64,000 nucleotides of DNA from positions 14,864,420 to 14,928,419 of the forward strand of contig NC_068998.1 in the NCBI RefSeq assembly GCF_001194135.2, given 5' to 3'. This stretch comes from Octopus bimaculoides. Taxonomy: Eukaryota. The position numbers were made by a program, and so were the translations under genes. Under the pieces are notes generated by a model that saw only the letters and a list, made by a program, of their open reading frames with translations, searched no databases and was not told where the DNA came from. Below are positions 12,940 to 26,480 of the stretch, in pieces. Position 1 is the stretch's first letter, and each line of letters begins with the position of its first letter.

Positions 12940-13410
12940 TAGTAAGAAGCTTGCATCCTAAACACATGGTTCCGTGACAGTCCCACTGCGTGAACCCTTG
13001 GACAAGTGTGTTTGTTCTTCTATAGCATTGGACTAATCAAATCCTTGTTAGTGTATTTGGTAGACGGTAACTAAAAATACCCCTTTGTACACACACACAC
13101 ACACACACACATATGTATGTATATGTTTATACGTGTGTGTATGTGTGTGTGTGTATTTGTGTGTGAGTGAAATTGCGTCTGTGTTAGTACCACACAAACG
13201 CTTGACAATTGGTGTAAGTACGTCTACGTTCTTGTAGCTTAGTGGTTCGGCAAAAGTGACCGATAGAATAAGTACTAGGCTTTACAAAAAAATAATAATA
13301 ACTACTGGGATCAATCCATTGGAATAAAAATCCTTCAAGGTGGTGCCCCAGCTTGGCCGGAGTAAAATGACTGAAACAAGTAAAAGATCAAAGATAGAAG
13401 ATAAAAGATA
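12940..13410 (+). mobile_element. tRNA-derived CORE-like SINE (family B) with internal (CA)/(TG) microsatellite
   Basis: gtaagaagcttgc...cccactgcgtg..ccttggacaagtgt core, internal microsatellite, 3' part ending aaatgactgaaacaagtaaaaga; antisense homologs at 28620-28748 and 63729-63840. Confidence 0.75.
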
Positions 13411-13640
13411 GTATTCGCTCACCAGATTATTTTCTTTAGTCATCTGTGGAAAGTAATGATGTAGTAGATGCGAACTCCAGTGATCACAGACAGACGTGTA
13501 TTAGATTTTTTTTCATATTCACACTGTTAGTGTAGATAGTTATCGCTTCCAACTTTTAGCTACACGCTCGCTTCTCGATCTTAATCTTTTTACCACTCTT
13601 AACTCATATAAATACACATTGATACAAGTACGTATATATG

Positions 13641-13723
<83 letters not shown>

Positions 13724-13984
13724 TCTGGCTAAGTCAAAATGTTTTTTTGTATTCTTCTTTTCTACTTGGAGAGTCTAATTGTAGTTATAAAAATATGTCC
13801 TTCTGTTGAAATGTAATTTCAATAAATTTTTATATCTTTGTGCAGCTGAGGATTGCTCTGCATTTTACATTTGATGTAATGTTCACATTGCTTAATTAAA
13901 TGGAGTCACATGAAACGATCGTACTGCATTAACTTTGGATATCTTTGTTACTTATTTTGACTATATATATATATATATATATAT

Positions 13985-14350
13985 ATTGATTTCAAACTTT
14001 GGCACGAGACCAGCAACTTCGGGGAGATGGTAAGTCGATTATATCGACCCCAGTGCTCAGCTGGCAAACTTATTTTATCAACCTCAAAAGCATGAAAGAT
14101 GGATGAAATGCCTCTAGGCATTTTGCCTGGTGAAGTAACGATTCTGCCATCTCGCCATTTTAAGGTAAGTATATATGGTTTCAAACTTTGGTACAAAGCC
14201 AGTAAGTCTGGGGAGTGGGGTAACTCGTACTTATTTTATCGCCCCCGAAATGATGAATAGCTAAATCGACCTCGGCAGAGTTTCAACTGAGAACGTAAAG
14301 ACGGACTAAATGTCGCTAAGCATTTTGTCCGGCATGCTAACTATCCTGCG
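13985..14350 (-). mobile_element. Two tandem fragments of SINE family C
   Basis: ttcaaactttggcac/ggtac repeated at about 13990 and 14180; atcgacccc...gacctcggc...gaacgtaaagacggac matches reverse of 26255-26480. Confidence 0.8.
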
Positions 14351-14904
14351 TGATTTCGAGCTGGTATAATTTTGAATATTCGCTTTCAGCTCAAACAATG
14401 TCTTTCTTTCTTTAGACATTACTTCGTTTATGTAAACCTAACAAATAATTTTTCAGCAGCTCACATCACTATGTCAGGGATGCTTTCCAGTCAATCAGAA
14501 CTCTTACATTCGAATGGTTCGACAGTTTACCGAAGATGTCTCTAAGATAATTTTACATCTATAATTTTAAGAAAGAAATTCCTTATCGGACAATGATTGC
14601 ATGCAGAAGACACTTGTGCGTACAAAACATTGTGTTGCATGATTTGGGAATAAATTTCGATCTTTCACTATCATTCATTCGCTGTCTCTTTCTTTTTTTT
14701 CCTCTTTCTCGCTCTCTTTCTCTTTTTCTTTCTTTCTTTCTTTCTTTCTCTATCTCTCTATTCCTTCTCTCTTCCTCTTTTACTCTCTATATTACCCACA
14801 TTTCACTCTCCTCCTCACTCACTCGATATATTGCCGTTTCTTTCAATTACTCGGCTTACTCGCAAAATACCGCAAATCAGGCCTCTTTTAAACATACTTG
14901 TTAC

Positions 14905-14967
14905 CAACACACACACACACACACACATACACACACACACACACACATCACTCACACACACATCACT

Positions 14968-14999
<32 letters not shown>

Positions 15000-15085
15000 A
15001 ACCCACAAACACACACATCACACACATACACAAACATACACACATACACACACTTTCAGACATGCACACGAGTACACACACAGCT
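14905..15085. repeat. (CA)n-rich microsatellite
   Basis: Direct inspection. Confidence 0.95.
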
Positions 15086-15334
15086 AGTTATATAAGCATC
15101 GCATACACAGGGTACACGTTTCGGAATCCACTCTTGAATATTCATCTGAATTGTACTGGTATTGATAACTTCCTTCTAAATAACAGCATTCGTCTGATAT
15201 GTTCATCATTATTGTCTGTTTGCTTTATAAAGATTTCCTTCTTGATTCGCTATAATCAACCAGCTATAATTAGACCTTAATGAATAATTTTATAACAACT
15301 ATTCATAACCATTTATCCTTCTTCGAACTCTCTT

Positions 15335-15998
<664 letters not shown>

Positions 15999-16509
15999 CG
16001 ATCTTGCCCATCTGAATAACACACTCAGATTTTGACATTAATGATCATATTTTCTGCAATGCATCCCAATATCTCGATGAAGCCTTCGCTACAAGTGGCA
16101 TTAATGATAGAGTATATTGCAAGCCGGCACCAAGCTCCCACACATTAATGTAATTAACGATGATAACAATTATAATGAGCGACAATAATAGAGTTATGAG
16201 TGTAAAGAAAAAGACAGAGACAGAGAGAGACAGAGACAGAGAGAGACAGAGACAGAGAGAGACAGAGACGAGCAGACACAGGGATTGCACATCGAGAAAT
16301 ATCTCATTTTACAATGCAAAATCGGTTCAGAGATGTGGTATTTCCCTTCGCGGATTATCTAAGTCGCATATCGTTGATTCAGGTAATTTGTAAAGTTTGT
16401 TACGAAATATTTCTTTTGTAATAGAAGTACTGTCAACACTTTGTACGAATATATGTATATAGAGAGTGATATGTAGATAAATAGATAGATAGACACGCAC
16501 ATGTATGTA

Positions 16510-16562
<53 letters not shown>

Positions 16563-16758
16563 TTACATACATATACAGTTATAAGTACAATATATCTGTT
16601 TAGACATAAACCTTTCCCGAATTATATTTATAACCGAAAACATAATTGTATATTCATATACTACAAACAATAGAATGGGAGTGGCTGAGATAAATGATAA
16701 TTTTCAAGCATTCTGGGAATGATGGTCTGATGGTAGTATCGGCTATGTATATATGTAT

Positions 16759-17249
16759 ATAACTATATAATAATATATCATGATAATATATATATATACT
16801 CGGATTTAAAGCGCAATTTTTGCATAAGCATTTGAGTGAAAAATGATGAACTAACCCAGACCAGATCGAACCCACATATCAACGCTAACATCGCTCCATG
16901 TGCATCCGATTGGATCAAAAACTCACCCATGAATTTCTACCAGATTTCATGAATATATACTTTAAATGTCCAATACTACATATAATATTTATAAACAAAC
17001 CCGAAGAGTTTGTAATTTACAGAGATAGAGCGACTATGGAAGTCTTTTAGTACAATGAAATGCACCTGGAGCCGTGTTAGCGTTGATATGTGGGTTCGAT
17101 TATGGCCTGGCTTAGCTCATCATCTTTAATTCAATTGTTTATATAAAAATGTTGGAGTATATATATATACCATTATTATGATACATTATTATATAGTTAT
17201 TATTGTACTAAGAGACTTCCATAATCGCTCTATCTCCGTAATGTACAAA
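16759..17249. repeat. Two interleaved inverted-repeat pairs (foldback/MITE-like)
   Basis: 16759-16905 is the reverse complement of 17060-17200; 17009-17056 is the reverse complement of 17202-17249. Confidence 0.85.
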
Positions 17250-17769
17250 GCCTTCGCGTTTGTCTACTTATTATATATATATATATATATNNNNNNNNNN
17301 GTATGTATGTATGTATGTATGTATGTATGTATGTATATAAATTCAGATGGATATGGTACTTAAGTTGAGGCACCAGAATTTGGTACGGTATTATCCATAC
17401 AATTTCAAAATAAGGTGATTAAAATCAAAATAAGCAACAAGGATATCCAGAGGTAATGCAGTACAATCGTTTCATGCAACTTCATTTAATTGAACAATGC
17501 AATTATTACATCAGTTTAAAATGCAGAGCAATCTTCAGCTGCACAAAGACATAGATTTTAATTAAATTAGAACAGATGGACACATTAGTATATACTAATA
17601 TGAGAATCTATTTTACTTTGTTATCGCTGTAATTATAGTAAAGTTCTTCTCATAGTAGGCTATTGATATTAAGTTATAGTAATCCATTCACACTCCCTTT
17701 TCTTGATAACTGCTAGTGCTGTTAAAACAAAGTGCATCAAATAAGAGAGCCAGGTTCTATGAAAAGTAG

Positions 17770-17955
17770 TTTCGTAGTAATATGGGTGATGTAACCGATG
17801 AGCATGATGGACGATTTCATCGAGAAATCAAAGAATTAGATAGCCGATACAGTGGCAGACTTACACCAAACATGCTGACGGACTACTGCTTGTTTTTAAA
17901 ACGAGAAACGGACACGCAACATAAGCGTAAAAGTAGACGCCAAAGCTATTTTTGA
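17770..17955 (+). pseudogene. C-terminal fragment of a DNA transposase, probably CMC/Chapaev3-like
   Basis: Translates FRSNMGDVTDEHDGRFHREIKELDSRYSGRLTPNMLTDYCLFLKRE, resembling the recalled motif NLGAVSDEHGERFHQDI..ME.RYQG..S..MLADYCW.LKR; superfamily assignment from memory. Confidence 0.65.
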
Positions 17956-17974
17956 AAAACATGAAATTAATAAT

Positions 17975-18115
17975 ATTCTCTCCCTGTTTCTGTGTTCCTT
18001 TCTGTGGAAGAGCGTAGGGTCGAAACGATAAAGCCTTTTTCACTTCCCAAGCGTTAAACTAATACATCTGTTCGTTGTCTACAGCACCTGTCTTCGCCAT
18101 TTGGTTTTTTTTTGT
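17975..18115 (+). mobile_element. PLE terminal segment, same family as 1600-1760 (opposite orientation)
   Basis: ttctctccctgtttctgtgttcc..gtggaagagcgtagg.tcgaaacg..tttttcactt...gcgttaaactaatacatctg...gttgtctaca.cacctgtcttcg matches the reverse complement of 1610-1750. Confidence 0.8.
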
Positions 18116-18692
18116 NNNNNNNNNNNNNNNNNNNNNNNNNNNNNNNNNNNNNNNNNNNNNNNNNNNNNNNNNNNNNNNNNNNNNNNNNNNNNNNNNNNNN
18201 NNNNNNNNNNNNNNNNNNNNNNNNNNNNNNNNNNNNNNNNNNNNNNNNNNNNNNNNNNNNNNNNNNNNNNNNNNNNNNNNNNNNNNNNNNNNNNNNNNNN
18301 NNNNNNNNNNNNNNNNNNNNNNNNNNNNNNNNNNNNNNNNNNNNNNNNNNNNNNNNNNNNNNNNNNNNNNNNNNNNNNNNNNNNNNNNNNNNNNNNNNNN
18401 NNNNNNNNNNNNNNNNNNNNNNNNNNNNNNNNNNNNNNNNNNNNNNNNNNNNNNNNNNNNNNNNNNNNTATATATATTTATATATGGGAACATTTGCACA
18501 CGAAGCAAATCATATAAAGCTATGACTAATAGCTTGTAAATATTGGTTTGCGGAAACCTTTCGGAGAGAAAAATTGAGGTTTACAATGGCTATTCATGAG
18601 TAGTTTACATAGATATGACGTCATATATATGTGTGTAAGTGTGCACGTGGAGATGTCTGTGTGTAGGTGTGTGTGTAATTATGTTATGTTCG

Positions 18693-18724
<32 letters not shown>

Positions 18725-19269
18725 GTATGTGTTAAAATGATTACATATGCTTCATTTGTGGTATGACACTCATAGTAAACAGAGTATGACGAAGCATTTA
18801 GAACTACGTTGGTCATGTGGGATGTTAATAAACTGTTACTGCGCGTTCTCTATGGAGTAATATAATGCGTATTTCGTATAACACAATAACTCATTTACCA
18901 TCACTTTTTAGATTCCTACTATACATATGAATAACTTATCATCCAAATCATACAAGTAGCTACAATATATATTCAGATAACAACGGGAAGACACATATAA
19001 ACGAACACAGTGGTGTTTCTTTAGAATTTCTCAAATAATAATTTCTTAAAATTTAATGTAAGAAGATTTTAACGTTTTATTTTGGCAGGAAATTTCGTCA
19101 AGCCACTATTGTTAACAAGTAAATTGCCTATGAATATTTCATTTCTAAAGGCTTTATAACAACCTTTGTGTAGTTTAGATTCTATTGTAGTGAAAATTTT
19201 CAGAAAGGTAAGAAAGTTAGTTTGAGTTCAGAATGCATACATACATACATACATATAAAAATATGCCTG

Positions 19270-19326
<57 letters not shown>

Positions 19327-19384
19327 TATGTATGCATATATACGTATATATTCATGAGTATACATATATAAATATAGATATATT

Positions 19385-19998
19385 ATTGTCCTGTCCACAA
19401 GCACCGACCTTTTGGCTAACACCTTGGCCAAAATCTTCAACTCTGCATTGAGCAGAGTCATGGGCCTGAAATTTTCTATAACGTCCCCCTTGCTTGGGTC
19501 TTTTTTCAGCAGTGCCACCGCCCCGCGACAGAGAAAAGGTAGTTCTCCCATTCTGCTACCAGTTGCGGTAGACGTCTGCTAAGAGGCCCGCAAACAAGTC
19601 TGGCATCGAAATATACAGCTCGTAGGGTAGACCATCCAAACCCGGTGATCTTCCTCTCATGCAGCTCTTCATCGCTTCCTGTATCTCCGCGGCTGTTATC
19701 ACCCTTTCGCAGCACTGCGCCCCGCTCACCGAGAGTCGTGAAAGGCTGTCCAGGTAGATACCAACGTCTGCCATGTTGTCTTTCCTATCATTCGTCTCGA
19801 ACAGTTGAGCAAAGTGCTGGTGAAAGGCCGCACACATCTGTTTCCATTCGAAGATCTCGCGCCCGTTCTGGTCCACCGAACACCGAACAGTGGCTTTATT
19901 GCCACGTTTTGTCTCCGCCACTCGGGCCCATCGTGACGCTTTCGTTCCCCACTCCTTAGATTGCGTGCCTTAGTTCTAACAATGCAAACTTCGTGTTT
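19385..19998 (-). pseudogene. Tx1/L1-type ORF2 fragment (linker and start of RT)
   Basis: AFHQHFAQLF, ITAAEIQEAM, GRSPGLDGLPYELY, RGAVALLKKDPSKGDVIENFRPMTLLNAELKILAKVLAKR. Confidence 0.9.
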
Positions 19999-21944
19999 TA
20001 AATTCTTACTTTTAAATCATGCTTTAAATTGTTGTTGTTGTCTCCTTAATGTACCTTGGCGGATTAGAGTTGCAGTACTTACTTGAATTTCATCTTTATT
20101 TTTTTGTACATTTTTTTATTGTNNNNNNNNNNNNNNNNNNNNNNNNNNNNNNNNNNNNNNNNNNNNNNNNNNNNNNNNNNNNNNNNNNNNNNNNNNNNNN
20201 NNNNNNNNNNNNNNNNNNNNNNNNNNNNNNNNNNNNNNNNNNNNNNNNNNNNNNNNNNNNNNNNNNNNNNNNNNNNNNNNNNNNNNNNNNNNNNNNNNNN
20301 NNATATATATAATAGAATTCTCTTAATTTTCAATCTCCTACTTCTACTCACAAAACATTGATCAATACTCCAGAACTGAACCCCGAACAAACTTCTTACG
20401 AAGCAAATATCTTAACTGCCCAACTATGCCTGCACACATGATGGAATCATTCCAGTCATGGATATTTTGTCGTTAGCTATATCTAAAATAGCATTTTCCA
20501 ATGTGCCATTCCAATTTTAAGACGGCAGGTTGTGATTAGACTATGATTCGATTATTATTTTTAGCAAGTTGATCAACCTTGGAGATGATCTCTTTTTGTT
20601 AGGTAGTACTTCAATGTAATTATATTAGTTGAGATTAATTCTACTTTGAAGTCCTATCGGAACTGACATTACCTTTCATCTCTCCAGAGGAAGATGAAAC
20701 GTCTCGTGTAACAGTCACCTCCTGAAGCTCAATCAATCAATTATGTTGCTTAGAATTCTATATACTCTGCTGACTGCAATAAATTAATATACATCTCCAT
20801 GTTTATAATAGGATTTGCATGTATGTCTCTCGATGGCATCGCAGCGATCACTTTTATTTAACTATACAAACATATCCAGAAAAAAGAAAGAGTAAATATT
20901 CTATACAGCCGCAGTGGATTTTTAATAATATCGCCTTCAGATTTATGTCGATTGATTTAGCTACAAGAACTGATTTGACGAAAATTAATGATGTCTTCTC
21001 ATGGGACTAACACTTATAGTTAGTGAAAAGAAGTTTTGCCAATTCTGCATTTCTCTTCAAGATAATATTTATCATTAAATTTAGTGCTGAATGTTATAAA
21101 TATGCAAGTCAACTTTTATTGTTTTGTTATTCAATGCAAATTGTCAATCGAAAAGATCAAAGTACGCCTGTTTTCTTAACTTCATAACCAGTATTTAATG
21201 AATCTGGTCTGGCCTGATAACGTTATTTTACTTTCATAAAAAAAGTAAAAGTAACAGCGGCTCTTATATTTATAAATGTATTAGCCTCACACTCAATCTC
21301 TGCCAAATATCTCATTAATAGACTAACAATGAACACACAGTGTAATTTGCTTAACGATTTCGATGCCGTCAGTATTTGTATATTTGCACGCAAATTCTAA
21401 TTAATGTAGTGCTCTGAGGCGAGATTATTAAAACTGTCTTTGTATTGTAGTTATTAGTATAGAAACTAATATAGTGAGAGTAGTATATAGCGGATGGTAA
21501 TAAATCTTTAACATTCACACAACTTATTGTGTTGTAGCCGATTAAATTTATAAGTATCGCTAGTAATTTCATTTTTTTAAACCGAACAATGTAAAGTAAA
21601 ATCGTTTCTGATAATATCTAAACACTGCACATAAAGTATATATCTTGACGTTTTATCGATCCTACGATTCATTGCCAGTTCTACCATATAATAATTCCAA
21701 TTCTAAAATTCTCCCGATACCATCCCCCTTTCACGAAGGAAGTGTTTATTAAAATATAAAATGACCCCAGGAAAATAGTTAAATAGACCAATTTCAGGAA
21801 TTTCGATAAATACTTCCTTTCTTTCTCTTTTTTTGTAGGGACGAGGCCAGGATTTTAAGGGAAGGAGGTTAGTTGATTCTATCGTCTCCTTAAGTTTTCT
21901 AATACATTGTTTTATCGACACGAAAGAATTAACTGTAAAGTTCA

Positions 21945-22145
21945 CCTCGGTGGTGTTTGAATTCAGAATGTAAACAGTCGAACAGATAACGCAAAGTCTT
22001 TTCCTGACGCTCTAACGATTCCATCATATCGATAACTTAAATTTATGAATTAGGCACAAAACCAGCAATTATGAGGGAACGGGTTAGTCGATACTTGATT
22101 AATACTGCATTTTATCGACTCCGGAAGAAAGAAAGCAAAGCAAGC
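21945..22145 (-). mobile_element. Degraded fragments of SINE family C
   Basis: cacctcggtggtgtttgaattcagaatgtaaa and ggcacaaaaccagcaatt...ttttatcgac. Confidence 0.55.
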
Positions 22146-22789
22146 AAAACGTAAGGAGCCGGAAGAAAGATCACAAAGAAGCCATTCCGATGTTCTACCG
22201 TTACTTTCATGAATTTAGATCAATAAAGGAATGGTAGTTTGAATGCAACATGCAATAAAAATGTATTAGTTGATAAGCATAAATTTCTCTTTTAGTTGGT
22301 GGAACACAGCAAAACCCTTGAATTAATGGTTACCAACACTTAAAGAGAAGGAGACATAATCTCAAGAGACGTTAGTGTGTAAATTTCAAGAGTAGAAACA
22401 CCGATCAGGTTTTGTAGGAAAAGGCAAACCGGGGTATGTTTCTAATTATAGAACTCTGCCTTGCGTAGTCTACATAAGTCTGTTTTAGATTATATCGTAA
22501 GTAATAAATTTACTTTTTATATCATTCACTATATTTCACCAGTGTTATTTTATCACCCTGTCATGTAAAAACAAGAACGGACCTTAGCAGAATTAGAACA
22601 CAAATTAGAATAAGTCATGGATCGAAATTTCAAAAGTTGTTTGAGTAAGACTATCTACGGCACAATGGATTCTTTCAGTCATCCTCTTCCAAATAAATGA
22701 TTTCCAATTTGATTTAAGGCAACTAATATTCCTCATAGTGTTATAGTCGATTTCACTACTCCCAATAAATGCTTCGGACAATAAAATGT

Positions 22790-22925
22790 ATTGACCTCGA
22801 AATATATATACATACATACATACATACATACATACGTACGTACATACCTGCATGCATGCATGCATACATACATACATAAATACATACATACATACATACA
22901 TACATACATACATACATACATACAT
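22790..22925. repeat. (CATA)n microsatellite
   Basis: Direct inspection. Confidence 0.95.
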
Positions 22926-22929
22926 GATG

Positions 22930-23520
22930 GTTGCCAATTTGATTTCGAGTAGAGCCATTGTCTGATCTTTTTGATCTCTTTATGCCCCAGAATATCACCG
23001 ATGATCTGCACGAATATGACTTTTGAGGCCCGCCAAAGACATGCATGCTTTTTGACAATTAGTCCCAAAAAACTTAGTGATTGCATAGTTTACAGCTCCT
23101 ATGCCTTTCCAAGCCACCTTTTGATCTGCATACTTTATGACAGAGTAAGCATTCGAAATCAGCAAATACCACGAAAGTTATTGCATTCATCCTTTTTTCC
23201 TTTATTCCTGAATACAACTTCCATGACTGCATCCTTCCAGTCTTTTGGCATAACTTCATTTTTCCATATCTTCTGTATTACTGCTGTCAGCATTTCTAGC
23301 AAGTCGTCCACCCACCAAACTTAAATAGTTCTACATTCAAACTATCAACTCCCGGTACTTTGCCATTGCTCAGCTTTGATACTGCTTTTATTGTTTCTTC
23401 CACTGACGGGGTGTCATCCGAGCACTCAGTAGCTGCATTCTGTAGAATCATATCAATACTTCTTTCATCAACATCTGATGGTCGATTCATAAGTTCATTG
23501 AAATATTCCCCTCCCCCATT
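22930..23520 (-). pseudogene. RTE-type LINE RT fragment, heavily degraded
   Basis: PSVEETIKAVSKLSNGKVPGVDSLNVELFKFGG, IWKNEVMPKDWKDAV, KGKKDECNNFRGI. Confidence 0.75.
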
Positions 23521-24599
23521 GTTTAAAGATGTCTTTGGGCTCCCTCAATAAAACACCATTCCTATTCTTCACATGAACCAAAGTAGGATATGAAGAACCA
23601 AAGTAGGATAGCAGAATTGCTAGCTGGAAGAAATGCCTTGCAGTAGTTACTCCTGTCCTTAACCTCGTTAGTTCAAAATGCCACCAAAAGCAATATTGCT
23701 TCTCGTTCCTCCAGGATCGACAAATTAAAGTGCCAGTGTAATAATGGGGTAAATTTAATCGACCAAATCCTCCCCTTTAATCTGTTAGTCATCTCTCAAA
23801 ATTTGAAGCAACAGTATGACGAGAAGGAGAGTTGAAGTGACATTATCAATAGAAATCTAAGTTATAGATCTTATAGTATCTAATTTCCATTTTAACTTCA
23901 AATTCCTCCCTAGTTATCATTGCTTTCTTGTCCTTTTTGTGGCCTCATTGTTTTCTTCCCCATCCTCTTACTTTAGTACAATGTTTGCCAACCAATAAAT
24001 GAGGCGATTCGGTAGACTCTAATCTTTACCAGTGACTCGCGACCTTGTACAAAAATTAGAAATCAATTAGTTTTACATCAAGTACATTATTGCTGTCGTT
24101 AATTCATTTCCAAAACTAGCCAAAGCTTATGGTTTTGTATAAATACCTTTCCCTAGAGCATGAAAGATGCAAAGAAAATATTTCCAGCTGGGATATGAAA
24201 AGGGAATACACTGAATGTAAATAAATTACTTTCAGATCAGGTAATGAACAGAAGGAAAATCAAACCATGATTTCCCATTGGGAATCTAAATTATATTACC
24301 GAGGTAACGATCAAACTATTTTATCATTTTGATATCAACCATTCATTACTTTACTATACCACTTAGCGACGAAGAATGTAAATTAATCTACAGTACTGTA
24401 CGCTGTATTGCATAGAATCGATTCTTTTGCATCATAGTAATACTGGGGAAAGGGATCATCATTACAGCTTACTATTCTTTCATCCATAAAATTACTGAAT
24501 ATTGTATTAAATCAGATAAAAAAAACTAATATAATATATAATAATTATACAGCCTATTCAACAATTTATTCAGCTTTACGCATTTTTGTTTATGGGTTT

Positions 24600-24745
24600 T
24601 AACACGCTCTGCGAAATGCTTAGCAATATTTCGTCGGTCTTCACGTTCTATGTTCAGATGACTACGGGATCGACTTTGCCTTTCATACTTTCAAGGTCGA
24701 TAAACTAAGTACCAGTAAAACACTGGGATCGATGTAATATCGACT
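24600..24745 (+). mobile_element. SINE family C fragment
   Basis: gaaatgcttagc..tatttcgtc...cacgttct...tcgactttgcctttcat...gtcgataaa.taagtaccag. Confidence 0.8.
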
Positions 24746-24870
24746 AGTGCCTATGAACGGCAGAGGTCCCGGACAGTGTGTCTTTGGAGGTGGGCCCCTT
24801 GACTACTACTATCTGATTTCTATCTTTTAGATAGTCATGCAGCCACTTCCCAAGTTTTCTGACTATTATG
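24746..24870 (-). pseudogene. Short CR1-type RT fragment
   Basis: IVRKLGKWLHDYLKDRNQIVVVKG resembles the CR1 G.L..WL..FL..R.Q.VVVNG motif. Confidence 0.55.
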
Positions 24871-24918
24871 TGTGTGTATATATATATATATATATATNNN
24901 NNNNNNNATATATATATG

Positions 24919-24966
<48 letters not shown>

Positions 24967-26254
24967 TATGAACTATAATAATAAAAAACGCAAAACGAAA
25001 GCAATCAAAGAAAAATATAATTGCACTAAACGTTGTGTCATATTTCATCATAGATATGGATATTTATTATTAGATTCATTCAATTTAATTTAGCTTTTTA
25101 TTCCACATTTGAAGAATTTTGCTATACTTTAAAAGTGATATGTATTTAAAATGCCGTTAGCTAATAAACATGTTTTGACAAATTTTGTTAAATTATTCCT
25201 TTACAAAGAAGGAAATGTTATTTGAAATGTTGTTGTCTTATAAATTGTTTTCATCTCAACTACACTAAAACTGTCTAGAATTCTCAGCTAGGATGGCAAT
25301 CTCCTTTTAATTATAATGATTAACATGATTAACACGATTACCTTTAATCATTAAAATATAATCAAAACAATATTATTACTAAAATGCCCTATTTGATATC
25401 AAGTGAAAATAGCTTAAAGGAGCCAAATTTATTTCACACTTACAAGACGCTCGGTTACACACACTATCAGTACTTTTACAGAATCCAAGTCAAAAATATC
25501 GTTCAAATATTATCATCATCAGTATTACTAATAAATTTAATAAAAATTGAATTATAAGGCATCTGCAAGAACTTGTAGCTGATTCTCTCAGCAATAATTT
25601 CGTTCATAATTGTAGCAAAGCTCACTGAAGTCTTTGGTATTTAAAAAAAAGATGCATTGATGTATTAGGCAATAAACAGTTAGCTATACTAAATGCTTGG
25701 GTGGCCATGATTGTTACTTATTTTCATCAAATGTCAGCGCAATAAAGCCAAAACTCAAGTTTGACAAGAGTAAAACTAGATAATCCCCCATATTTTAAAT
25801 TCTTGTACGTATTACTCTCCATTTTTACCATCTTTATGTAACCTGTTAGATTTATTATAGTGTATTTTTCGCATGTGAAAACACTGTTTTTGAAAGACAT
25901 TTGAAAATTGCGTGATGATTTTAAGTATCACTGAATCTCATTACTATCCTGCCGAGAGTTGTAGCTTCAATGACATTTATCAATGAATAAATATGCTCGT
26001 TGCATATTGGATCAAAGTTATGTTTTTTCTTCTCAATTGTAGCTATGTGAAATCATGTATTTCAACAAACACTAACAGCTCAAATCAAATCTTCCAGCAC
26101 AAATGTAGAATTCAACAAATCATATACGATTATATGTTCTTAATGCATTGAATAGTTTAATACATAAATACTTTATTTTGCAAGCTATTTCTTGTTGAAA
26201 TATTGAAATGCCAATACGACATAGATGCTATCAAATATGGTAATATTTTGCACA

Positions 26255-26480
26255 AACAAGACAGCGTACTGGCAAAATAGTTAGTACGCCGGGCAAAATA
26301 TTTAACAGCATTTCGTCCGTTTTCACGTTCTGAATTCAAATTCTGCCGAGGTCGACTTTGCCTTTCATCCTTTCGGAGTCGATAAAATAAATATCATTTG
26401 AACACTGTGGTCAATGTAATTGACTTAACATCTACCCCAAAATTGCTGGCCTTGTGCCAAAAGTTTGAAACAAATTTAAT
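26255..26480 (+). mobile_element. Near-complete tRNA-derived SINE family C
   Basis: ctggcaaaatagttagtacgccgggcaaaat (A box), gttctgaattcaaattctgccgaggtcgactttgcctttcatcc (B box), tail ggccttgtgccaaaagtttgaaac. Confidence 0.85.

Noticed and set aside
15105-15150. Minus-strand cagatga...ccgaaacgtg as another hammerhead
   Set aside because: Core and stem II do not pair convincingly; single degenerate instance.
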